Source: Takakia lepidozioides (taxonomy: Eukaryota; Plantae; Bryophyta). From it: 64,000 bases of DNA. Below, piece after piece: positions 10,980 to 22,900 of this stretch; position 1 is the first letter of the stretch, and each line of letters begins with the position of its first letter. The DNA lies in NCBI GenBank assembly GCA_030704615.1, contig CM060731.1, positions 24,366,001-24,430,000 of the forward strand, in the 5' to 3' direction. Under the pieces are notes generated by a model, which worked only from the letters and a program-made list of their open reading frames with translations, was not told the DNA's origin and did no database searches. Both the position numbers and the translations under genes were made by a program.

Positions 10980-13936
10980 CATATCTTTCAGCAAGTTTGC
11001 GGTAGTGATAGGATCTTTGGTTTTCGCGCATGATTGCTTCACCCAAGCCCGCCGGACATGCCAAAGGCACAGGAAAATGAGCACTCCTCGAAAAACAGCC
11101 CTGCAAAGTACACATGCCCACATGAGAGACTTCAAAGAGGACTTCGCCGGTGGACTTGGGCACTAACCCAGTAGACTCTCTGGTTGACTGGTCTGCCCGT
11201 CTGTTCCAAACGGATTCAGGCAGTAGACTCGCCCACTCTGACCTGCCATGAGTGTTGCCCTCACGACACCGCCAACAGACCTGACCACGCTGACCTCGCA
11301 GCGGACTTACGTAAGTCTTGCAACGGATTTGGCCAGAGGGCATCCCCGAGCGGACTGGGTTGCCAGCAGACTTCCGAACAGTCCCCTCCGGCGGACTCGC
11401 CTGCCAGCGGACCAGAGTGAGGTCCCAGCAGACTGACGCACGTGAGTCTTGCAGCGGACAACTTGCGAACAGTCCCCTCCGACGGACTCGCCTGCGAGCG
11501 GACTTGCTAGACCAGACTGGCGCACGTGAGTCTTGCAGCGGACTGCTTGCGAACAGTCCCCTCCAGCGGACTGGTCTGCCAGCGGACTTGCCTTTAGGAG
11601 ACCGGCAACAGACTTACCCAGACTTTGCTGGCACCTCACCCGAGCAGACTGACCTTGCAGCATACTTGCGCAAGTGAGTCTTCCAGCGGACTTTGCTAGA
11701 GGACATTATCAGCGGACTGGTTTGCCAGCAGACTTGTAGAAATGAATGGGCCGGACTTGCAGCCATGACTGCGTTGTATGGCAAGGGACTTGCCAAAGAG
11801 ACAGACAAAGGACGCAGGCGACGGACTTGCACGCGAGTGTACAGGATGGTACGTGAAACTTACGTAATGGCGTTTATTTTGGCGTCGGCATCGTCCACAA
11901 TGAAGGCATTGGGTCACCAGTCCGGCATTTCTGCGAGGAGAGAGTCCTGCAAGACTGCCATCTACGGCACCAGGTCTGTTGTCCGCTCACGCGCGCATAT
12001 GATGTACGCAACTGGTATATCGTTAAGCCACTCATCGAAGACCATCAACGTGTACAATGGGAACTGTTCAAATGCAGAATGTCAGATGCTGCCAGTGTGC
12101 GTACATCCACTACTTCTGCAAGTGGATAAATTGTGAAAGGGATGAAGAGTACCTTGTGGTGATTTGTCCTGAAGGTTGCATCGCATGCAACGATACGGGC
12201 ATTCGCTTCTTCTGCCACTCAGTCTGTATGCCGATTGTGAATGTTAAGTCGCCATCGTAGTGCTTGAATGTTGGCGCCAATTTCTCCTCTTGATAGAAGA
12301 AGACCAATTTCGGGTTCTGGTCTTTCCACATGCGGACACTCTCCGCATCGTTGGCATGTTTTTTGAACGTTTGCCACGCCCGTTTCTGGGCCAGGTTGCG
12401 CACATCCTGCTCCAGCAAAAAATCATCCTGTGTCCATGCATCCTCCAACCCGGTGTTGTTCATGACGTGCTCTTTATGTTCCATCATGATTTGGGCGACT
12501 GACAGGCCTCGGCACAAACACTCCATGACCCATGCTTTCGATTCCTCGCTAATGTGTGGTGCATAGGCGTGGCGAATGTTCCTGAACTCAACGGACTTCC
12601 CATGACAGGCGTTCACTTTCGCATCTGTATGCTCCATATTGTTGTAGTACGTGAGGACACAAATGTCGGGGGCGAGATAGCATTGCTGGACCTTGAAACA
12701 ACATTGGCAACCACGCTTGTAAGACTCTCCATATTCCGACTTCTTTCTCATTGGGCCTTTATGAGGGTGAGATGTTCCAGCACCCACAAGAGGTCCTCCA
12801 CGTTTCAGTTTGGGATCCTCCACTATCGCATTGTTGGTGCGCTTGTTATCTGGACCGTAGCAGCATTGATACCTGGACATAAAAATCACAATGGAAGCAT
12901 GAAATCACAGAATGTGGGTACGAAAAATGGCAACAGACATGCAATCAGACTACAAAAGGACGATGAGGATGGTGCACACATGATACTGTTCAGAGAACTG
13001 TTGGCTCTGGGCTCTTTTAGCATGCCGGGTTGCACTTTAGTATGGTCATTCACCCAAAACTGAGTAGGGTAGTCCACCAAACTCTCCTCTCCAAGGAGAA
13101 AGTCATCAACTTTATCCCACGGTATGCAGGCCTTCACAACATTCTGTCTGGCACCCATATAACCATATTGCGTGTCTCTATTCCGGAGGTCCTTCGTGTT
13201 GAAGGGTTCTGGTTTGGGTGTTTGCAAACTTTGTCGAAGAGGCCGTATAATCCAACATCCCGTTTTTAGTATATCATCACCTTCTGCTTCCACGTCCATG
13301 CCCTGTACAGTACAGAGGACACGCTTCAGAACTTGCAAGAAACGCGTCGCAGTACACTGGACACGATGGACAACGTGCAAGGAGCATCAGTGCGCACGTT
13401 CGCGGCAGGTTTGAATTCATGCCCTAAAAATGGAGGGCTCAGATGGCATTTACAAACGGACGGTCCAGATGTGGCATCATCAGTGGACTGGAGGAAAACG
13501 GACTCATGGGCGGCGGACTCGCGGGCAGACTGTTGGGTGGACTGGCCGGGACTGGCACGACGGACTGGCATGGATGGCGCGGATGGGTTTCTCAGAATGG
13601 ACGATCTAGACCCTTCGGCCGGCGCGGACTGGCAGACTGGGGGGCAGCAGACGGGCACAGCGGACTGTTGGGTGGACTTGCGGGGACTGGCACAGCGGAC
13701 TAGCGTGCACAGCAGACTGGCCGGCAAACTGGCGGTTTGGCGGACTGAGGGGAACTGGACTCACGGGCAGCGGACTGGCTGCGCTGGACTAGGGGCGCGG
13801 CGGAGTGCAGTGCGGGCCGCGGCAGCAGCTGGGCGACAGCGTGCAGTGGCGGGGGGAAGCCGGGCATCCGTGCGCGGGGCCCACCGGTCAGCTAGAGCAT
13901 AAGCCATAACGTCCCAATTATTGTAAAATGAGAGGC
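10980..13936 (-). mobile_element. Degenerate MULE/MuDR-like DNA transposon (transposase remnants, motif-rich ends)
   Basis: Minus-strand ORF pieces (12110-13380) contain RGCQCCF...H..H, DAESVRMW..NP..VFFYQE and FTIGIQTEWQ, resembling plant MULE/SWIM-type transposases. Dense cggact/cagact motifs occur at 11150-11830 and 13480-13800. The terminus cccaattattgtaaaatgagaggc is shared with 63345. Confidence 0.6.
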
Positions 13937-16097
13937 ATTTATTCCAGCTTGGATCTTTGGGTTTTCACCCATTCAGTGATGCAAATGCCTCCAAATTCCT
14001 TGAAGCTTCCAACCTGGATGTCTGGTAGGTAGATGGGTCCAGGTCCCCTCTCTCTGAAATGATTTTTTGGCATACATGGAGACATTTCTTTCAAGCCAAG
14101 AAGCGGCAGCTCCTTTTGATAGATAATTGGTTTCAGGTGCTTGACTGGTCTTGGTAGCTCTTGTTAATTTGACTTGGAATCTACCACTTGGGCACTGTAA
14201 GTCATTTCCATTTGAAATTTCAGATCAACATTATATTATTCATGTTCGCATTTGCAAATGAGACCCCCAGTGGCAAGTAAATGTAATCCTCTTCATTCAA
14301 AATTGTCATGATTCATGTCCACATACCGCTAAAATTGAAACATGTTCAAAGTGATTGAATACATCTACTTGCTCCCATCTATGCCTCTACATTTAAGAGT
14401 GCGCATGATGTACTTGGGAAATCGACCCAACTACACTTGCACTATTGCCAGTGGTCTTGCACCGCTACCTTTGACCACTGTCTATGCCAACCCTTTTCCT
14501 CTGTGAGCTCAAGAGCTTGCTAACAAAATTTCATTAGCTCCAACATCCTGAGCAAGCTCCCTTCGAAGTGATTGTCTAATTCAAACAATCACAAATTCAC
14601 TACTGCTTAGAAAAATTCCCAACATCTATCACTATTGTGGTTCTCTGGTGTTACCCTTCGAAACTCTTCAGACTTCCCACAACTTGTAGGAAGAAAATGC
14701 ATGGAGTCTATTTCTGGCTTTGCCACAGTGGATGGCATCCCCTCCAGAAGTGCACCCTGCAGGAGTTAGCCAACTTGGGTTCAGGAAAACCTCACCACGA
14801 GCGCTCCCTAGAGTGTGCAACTACGCTAATCCACCTTAATCGTGAAAATAAGCCAGGAAAGCCTAAAAGAGGTTCGTGATCATGGAGGAGAGCACTAAGC
14901 TCATGAAGACGAGCGTGTCCCAATGCCGCTATCCCGCTGTGTCCGGATCTGTATTGAGGGCGCAACAAGTTGGGCACACCGAGCCTGGTGGGAAGCCGCA
15001 GACACTCATGCATCACAAACTCGAGAGGAAACGTGAAGATGGGAGGAGTAAAATACAAAGGAGGGCAAGGGACACTGCTGGTAGTTACTACTTGGAGGGA
15101 AAGAAGATGATAAGCCCAGGAGTAAAAAGACCGAATTTCTCTCTACTGAGCCTGATCATCAGTATTATTGCAAACTACTTAACGTCAACAAGGTGCTATT
15201 ATCAGGGCTGTTACTAAGAACTCATGACAAAATGAGAGACCAGGCTCTGAGGGGTAGTTTACCTGACAACCTCTGTTGAACATAGGGTTACATCCATTCG
15301 GAGGGGCCGGCCCGACTGCTGCTGCCTTCACCTTGCTCAGCTGGACTTTGCTGAGAAGGCCTTCTGCCGGATCTTGGAGGAAATGATTGGTACAGCCTGT
15401 CCATAGCCATGCCATTGCAACATGCATTTTAACCAAACTCAGCACGCATCCACTTAGCTTTCTGAATTGCCATGTGGACAAACTCCATTGCTCTTAACAT
15501 GCTAGATTGGCTCAGTGCTAACCTGTGAAAAACTGCAGGTTCCACCTAGCATTCCTTTTTCTGTTAGACTTGGGAGTCCCTTGGCCCATTGCAAGCAAGA
15601 GGATACTCTCTTCCTTCCCCCACCTTTCCAATTTGCATAAGTAGATGGGCCTTGGTAGTAATAGTACACGATTTGCTGAGCTTTATAATGCAGCATCCCT
15701 CAATCACATGCAGTACATTGAGATGGTTCCATCATGTAGAATGACCAGTGCTCAACTCATTTGATAGGAACACTTATTTCATCTCAGAAATTATGATACA
15801 ACATTGATGGCCTCAACCACCAACAATCATGGGGTTAGCAATCCACCCAGCAGACCAGCCACTGACAACATACAAGTCTTAACCAATCTGAACTAAAATA
15901 AACCAGGAAGATATGTCATCCCAAAAGATGATCTTGAAGCTGTGATACGCTCAAGCTTCAACTTATTCCAAGAGACATTAAAAAACATCATGCTCCTGCC
16001 AAACGGGTAATTGCAGTGCTGAATAATATGAACCTCAAAGAAGTTAATACTCATAACTTCAAAGAGATCTAGTAGACATTGGCCTGAAGATGCATAC

Positions 16098-19000
16098 CCC
16101 AAATGTAGAGCGGTTTGCGAAGTCTGTGGATCCCTAAGATTCGGATGAGAAGGGTACACTGTGGGCACAGTGTCATGGCCTGCTCCGGGCTCTCTAGGCT
16201 GCATGTTGTTAGTGGGGGCAGGATTCACTGCAGGAACAGCCCGCGCTACAGCAGCCTCTGCCATTCCCTTAGCATCTGCAAGCTGTGGAATCATGCAAAT
16301 TATCTGCGAGTTAGGCGAGAAATATCCTTATAAGTATCAAGATATTTCCATACTAGTAAGATAAGGAGGAATGAACTTCAAGATCTATAGCTGCACTCTC
16401 GTACAGGATAAGCCAGTATCCGCCAAGTGCAACTGACTACAAGAACTACCATTAGCTGAACAACAGCCCCTTGGACACTGGAGAAGAGCAGTGGTTCCTG
16501 ACTATAAGAGGGAAATGTTTTCATCTAAGTGAGAAATGAGAGATGAGAGTTAAGAGTGCACTGTGGCTACCTTCTGACGCAGATCATTATTTGCTTGGCG
16601 CAAGTCATACTCCTGGACAATACAAGGAAGTCCACCATGTTCGCTTCAATACATGGCAGTCCAGAGATACCTTAGCTAGTGAGAAGAACTGCTCCAAATG
16701 TTTGGGAAAATTAGAAGTATAAAAGACTTGGCAGTACACGTCTAGGAACTTCATCTATTAATTGCATATAATATTTCAAAAAAATCCTCTAGTGCCCAAG
16801 TCTGCAAAAAGAAAACAGCCATAACTTCTCGAAGGAATTAATCTTATAGAATATGTGGTTCTGTCTGTCTGCATAGAATCAAAAAATACCTTTCTTCTAA
16901 GATTGTCGATCTCCTCAAGCATCAGCTGGGTCTGAGATAGACAACCAAAATCAAACAGGAAAGGTGAGCCTCTATCACAGTGCTGTGCGCCTAGATACGA
17001 TTGTCCAGATGGGCACCATGACTTCAGACATAAAACAACTAGAAGAAAAGCGGCTTCAGGTTGATCAGAAAACGTACTCATAAGACGTTGTTTGCAGTAG
17101 CCTTGTGGCCATCGACTTGTGGCCATCGACTTGTGGCCATAGACCCCGAGCCCAGTTTGATTGGAACAAAAAGGGACAGATACTACCGAAGTGAGGGGGT
17201 CACTCTCGTACTGGGACTTACCAGATATCCTCTAGAAAGCCCTTCACACAAGGATCAACTTGCTGTGTGGCCTGAGGTTGATCAGAATGTACTCATAAGA
17301 CATTGTTTGCCGTAGCCTCTTTGCTATCCTCTGCCAACACCGAGGCCACAGTGCTTTGCTGGGCCCCGGTCTCTCATCCTTCCAGGATAGGTAGTTATGA
17401 GGCTGGTCAGAGAGTGTATGAGAGAGATAGAACTATGTCGTCTCCAGCTAGCACAAATGAACATAAGGAGCTCTTTTAAATAAAGTTTGTGCAGTTGGAA
17501 AATGACATTCAATTGTGACACTTGCCTTCCTGGCTTGAACACGAGAAATGCCCATCTCAAGTTGCTGTTCCAGCTGCAGCAAGTCGGGCACTGTTAATGT
17601 TGAAACATCCTCTCCCAGCATGTGCCTGCAGGGGCCAAGGCCATTCCTTTAGCTAGATAACTACGCTCATTAGCCATCAAATGACAGCCATGCCACATCT
17701 CAAATCTATATCGCAGGGGTCCTCTCGACCTATTCATGTACACTTTTACACATAGTCACATCATGTTGGAAAAACAGCCATAAAACAAAGGCTTCACTAC
17801 AGATTTCCAATCCCTTATAAGGTCCACTGCTAACTAGAGTATTTTATAGAAAGATGCACTATGTGCCAGGAATAATATATGGATTCTAAATAATTGCTTG
17901 GAACCTAATTGATCTTGCTTGCTGACGCTGTCAGATTTGAAGGGGAAACATTTTCCCTGCTTCCAGCTCTTTCCAGTGGCTGATTATGCAGGGGAGTAAT
18001 AGGCCAGTAGACGATCAGAAGCTGGCAAGCGCAATCTATTAAGCATTGGAACGGGGTTAGCACCTGCCATTACGGTGGGTTTGTAGGCAGCTCTGGCTCG
18101 CATTACCCATCATATATAATGGTAAGTGGGAGGCCCATCCCAAGGCACACTATTGCATTATGGACCCAAAACGTGGCACCACCTCTACCCTAAAAAGATA
18201 CATACAGGGAGAGTGATCCTGACAAACACACACCTTTGTGTGTGTTGCAATCGCTCCAACTGTTGCCTCAACTTCACCACTTCCTGACCCATAAACTGCT
18301 ATGTCAGAACCAGATCCAACAACTAAACCTCCTTTACTTCACCATATATCCCACGCCGTCTTGTTCTAGATAGTGCAGACTTGGGCAAGCCTTAGGAAGA
18401 AATTGTCAACTGCTACAGAGTGTAGCTTTTCAGATATGAAACAGATATGAATATGAAAGTTAATTGTAAGCAGCTACCAACATGTAGGTGCTGCATCTTC
18501 CAACCTACCTGATGTTCCAAAATTAAAAATGAAAGATAACTTACATCACTGCTGTTGCCAGGCTGCCCTCCATTTGGAGACTTCGAGTATCTTTCCAGAA
18601 TTTCCCTCATGCTGCTCCCAACATTGCCACCAACCAGATCATGTCAATCTCAGTTGTTGTCAGCATCAATACTAGAACAGGCAGCTGATCAATGAATCAC
18701 TACCAAAAAGGCTGAGGTTTGCAGTTCACTCAATTCAGTTCAGTGAGTTTTTGTCAAGTACAAACGCCCAATGCACACGATTTCAGTGCCAAAATCAAAT
18801 CCGCTCCTCCCACACAACTTGGGCATTTCGACATAGAAATTGTGTGAAAAGGAGGACGGGATGAGGAAAAAAAAAACAGCTGGTGAAGGAACCGTGCACG
18901 AGGCTGTGCACCTCGCAGTATTTGGACCTGCCAACTTTGCTATCGACTCTTTTTAGAGTGATTGAAGCCTCACTCACTCTGGCAACGGCTCAGACTATCG

Positions 19001-19905
19001 TGGGCGCTTAACAGCTGCTCGTTGCCCAGACTCTTGTACAGTACGTTCGCAATAATTGTCGTGTAGGAGAGAGGAGAGAAGTCAAAGATGAGGAAAGGAA
19101 AAAGTAAAGAGACATCTAGTTAGGGTTTGAGGGAAAGTGAATGATGGACCATGTCGGCTGACATTGACCGTACACATCATGCACGCAGAAATTGAGCTCA
19201 CAGATCGGCAGTTCAGCGAATCAAAATTGCTCAGCAAAGTGAACAAAAAGAGCCAATACGGCTGGAGCTGATAGAAGCCCACTTGAGGTGACGGGCTCAA
19301 CCCCAGACATCATCTACAGGACGGAGGAAGGAGCGACAAGAGATCTCGTCAACTAGTACAATCGGGCAGATAGGAAAATGAGACAACCCACACAAAAACC
19401 TAGACATGGAATGTCCACGGAGACGACGGTATAGAATGTACATTGACCGTCCCAGGGCGAACTACACTTGAAGGCATCTAGTACCGGCGGAGCGCGTTGA
19501 TAGCGAGTTAAAGATCCATGAAAAAGGACCATGTGTCTACATCAATCAGTATCGCATCGCCCGATAATTTGAGGTGTCTTTCATTTTCCTCAAGACAGTG
19601 ATATATCTACTCATGAATGAAGAGGTGTGTTCCCAGTGATCGTACCTGCTAGGCAGAGGACGTTGATAACAACAAACATAATTTGCAAGTGTTCTACAAG
19701 CTCGTGGAGTACATTCCTACCTTCCAGTACTGGCATATTCAAATAGCTTTCCAGTGCTTGAGAATATTATGAGAGCCACCTCTGCATCGCACAATACTGC
19801 CAGCTCGTGTGCTTTCTTCAAAAGCCCCCCCCGCCTCTTGGAAAATGTAACTTGCCTACTGGTTGGATTCTCAATCTTCTTTATCTCAATTTTTCCACGA
19901 CCCAT
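16098..19905 (-). CDS. MIKCc-type MADS-box transcription factor (spliced; last few codons unresolved)
   Basis: Exons: 19905-19721 ([29 protein letters not shown]...), 18611-18545 (I), 18295-18234, 17625-17526, 16931-16890, 16612-16571 (K domain; 62/100/42/42 bp, the typical MIKCc sizes) and 16282-16098 (C-terminus ...QTALHLG). The frame is continuous. Confidence 0.93.
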
Positions 19906-22900
19906 AACCTCCAACCTGTTGTTTGGTCCACCGTGTCCCTGTACGCGAACCAAAATGGAATTTCTTCCAGAGAATCGCCAAGGACTCCCTCGTCTCAGTG
20001 CGCATATGGAACTTCTGCACTCTCTCCCAGTCACTCTCATCCTCCTACTCCTCTTTCACCGGAATAATACACAGCGCAGAAAATAACAACTCTCTCCTTC
20101 ACGTTTGTGCTGCAACTCTTTTGATCCGAGTATTGTGACATCACTACTAGCCACATTAGTCCTGCAGCAACGTTCCAGACAAATCAACTGAAGAAATCTT
20201 GTGCAAGACGTTCCTGCGAAAGCAACCAAACGATTCCACCACTAAGTCTGCAGTATACTGTGGGCCATCATTCATCCTTCTTGAAAAACTTTCGCATCGT
20301 CTCCTGCCATCATCTTCCAACGAATCAGACTTCCAGCAACATCCAGGAATGCTGTCATACGTTGTGTGGAGCAGCTAGCTAGCTGCTAGCCGCCCGGCAC
20401 CCAATCATGGCATGGTACTAGCGAAATGCTCGGAGGTGGGAGGCGGTGTTAGGGCCCGCAGCTCAGGAGAGCGTGGTAAGCAGCGAGCGGGCCCCGTCCC
20501 CATGCGGCCGCGTCAGCCTGCATGCGCACCGGAGACGCCATAGAGGGCCATAGCCGCTCTCGACGATCATCATTTCTTAATCCATCTCTTCCCCCCTTGC
20601 AGCTCCTACTTTTTATAGCAAGGACACTTCATCATCAATGCCCATTTCAAGCCTCACATCCTCCTTGTTTATCGCCCACAACTTTCTTCACCTCTCTCTG
20701 CACCCTGCAACTCTGCGCAACTGAGATATGACTCATCTCTGCACTCCACTTCCAACATCTGAATTGTCGCAGTGGATCTTTTGCAGCCGTACCAACTTAC
20801 GCTCAGATTCATAAACCCGCCAACGTTGTGTCAGTGTCCCACATAAAAAATCTGTTCGAGCTTGCCACATCATCTGTAGCACAAGTGGGTGCTTCTCGTT
20901 TTTACGGTCAGCTGGATAATTTACCCTTGGGGTGGGTGAGATGTGAGATCCGCCTTGGGCAGCCCCAAGGGTCAGGCGAAGGGGATAATTTTGGTCTGCC
21001 CAATCCGAGTAATCTAGCTGCAGGAGTTTTGGTGTATGCCCCATTCGTCTGCCCAGAGTTTATTAGATTGCTTGAAGAGAACACCGAGAGCGACCCAAAT
21101 GTGTATTCCACTGTGTGGAGTCCTAGGTCTATGTTATTGTGAAGGCTTCCCTTTAAATTAGCACTATACAGATGTGTCAGGTCAGCAATCTGTCAAGTTC
21201 GTCCTCTAGATTGCCACCAAAGGAAATATAGCACAGATATTTTTAGTTCTGGCCTCGATGCAGACACTGGGCATCAGACTGCGACATTTGTAACAACGGC
21301 ATTTGTATCTTCAACACAGTTTGGTGCAGCAACCATGGGTGACATTGAAGCGTCCTTGATAGGTTTATCAAGGGAGGAGTACCTACCACCCTTCTCAGGT
21401 AGATCAAGGGAAGGTCAATCTGAGACTCCCATCACAACCCCGTTATCCCATTGACCCATCTGAGTTCTATTAATCAGAAAGGCCTACAAAGGTCCAGTCA
21501 CTTAGCTCTTCATGCACCAAAATGTTGTGTACATTTTTATGAACGGCCGGCATTTCGTCTTGAGAGATAAAAACAAGAGTTTCGATAAAAACAACTTTAT
21601 GGCACTTGACCAGTACAGCGTGACTTCAGCAGCGATGGAAGAGAATGAGCCCCAGCATGCTGGTGCCTCCACGGCATGTTAGGGCAAGAGCCTGAGAGCT
21701 ATATGTCTAGGACACAATATCGACGTGAGCGGCTTAGTTGTAAACTCACAGGCTCACATACACACAAGACTTTCACTGTATGTACTACTCCTGCAGAAAC
21801 ATCAAGTTGCTCTTTGTTGACCCATTATACTCGACTCCCTCCTTGAAGCTGCTCTACTTTGATGCTATGTACAGTCATTGACTGGATCCATACCAGGCGA
21901 GTCGTAGGACTTACGAGACCAGGTGATGCCTCTTGACCCAACAAGTAAGATTTGACATTCACAACAGCTTTGGTGGAGCTTATATTTATTAGCACAACTA
22001 TACACACCGCACTGTGCAGCATTTGAGCAGTAATTTCCTTTCAGAGCAAAGTAAATTCAAGCTTGGAGAGTCCCAATCGACATAAAATCTCATAAAAAGT
22101 ACTGGGGAAGGGAAATACAAGCTACAAAGGGAAACCACGGCTCAGTGGAGAGAGGAATGCACATGAAAGTCATGTACATTGAACTGAAAAGAGATGGTAT
22201 ATTCTGGAAAAACCTAGAGAAAACTAGAAAGCAAACTCCAAAATTGTCAAATCTTAAAAAGTGAGATGTGGGATTGGAAGACTCCAATATTGAGCTATAT
22301 TGTACTTACTGCCAGGAATTTCAAGAGAAACTTCAATCCAAGATTTACAGAGTTCCTGCTGTACGGAGAGTCTTAAGGATTTTCTCAAGTCCACATGAGG
22401 CCAGAGACCAGAGGCCTATGGCCAGGAAGTAGTACCAGTTGAAACGGAAGAAATTATATCGAGAGACAAAGAAATAGAAACTCTAGAGCTGTCCAAGAGC
22501 GTCTTTGACAGTGCGAGAATTTCAGATACCTGGCAAACACGACAGCCTTACTGCCAGAAGCCAGAAGTTAAAAGAGAGAGACTAGTGAGCTCCCAGGGAC
22601 CGCAAGAAACAAACCTGGTTCTGAGTAGACACGACGTACACTGGTGGACCCTCGACGGGGTCCGTTGGATGCTCTTCGATGGTGTCCATTGGACGCTGAC
22701 TTAGTTTCCAACTTTCCAAAGTCCAGCTTTTTCTTCTGCAATACTCTTAAGAAAAGGTTACATGATGGGACTACAAGAGGACTATCTAAAAGATCACCGA
22801 AGGTACAGGAGGTAGGAACGCTTTTCTAACATCCTCATACAAGCGCCAAAAGGAGGTCCTTGGCAGAGTCAGTGATTTGAACTGGGTATCATGAGCTTCA

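Noticed and set aside
13333-13902. Long GC-rich ORFs here and at 62825-63477
   Set aside because: They are artefacts of low-complexity subterminal repeats and contain no domain motifs.
15259-16097. Candidate final exon of the MADS gene (for example cag|GTAA at 15262) or read-through to 15893
   Set aside because: Several acceptors are possible and cannot be chosen between without transcripts.
19906-20040. 45-codon N-terminal extension of the MADS ORF in the ORF track
   Set aside because: MIKC proteins normally start at MGRGK, and the extension has no recognisable features, so it is treated as 5' UTR.
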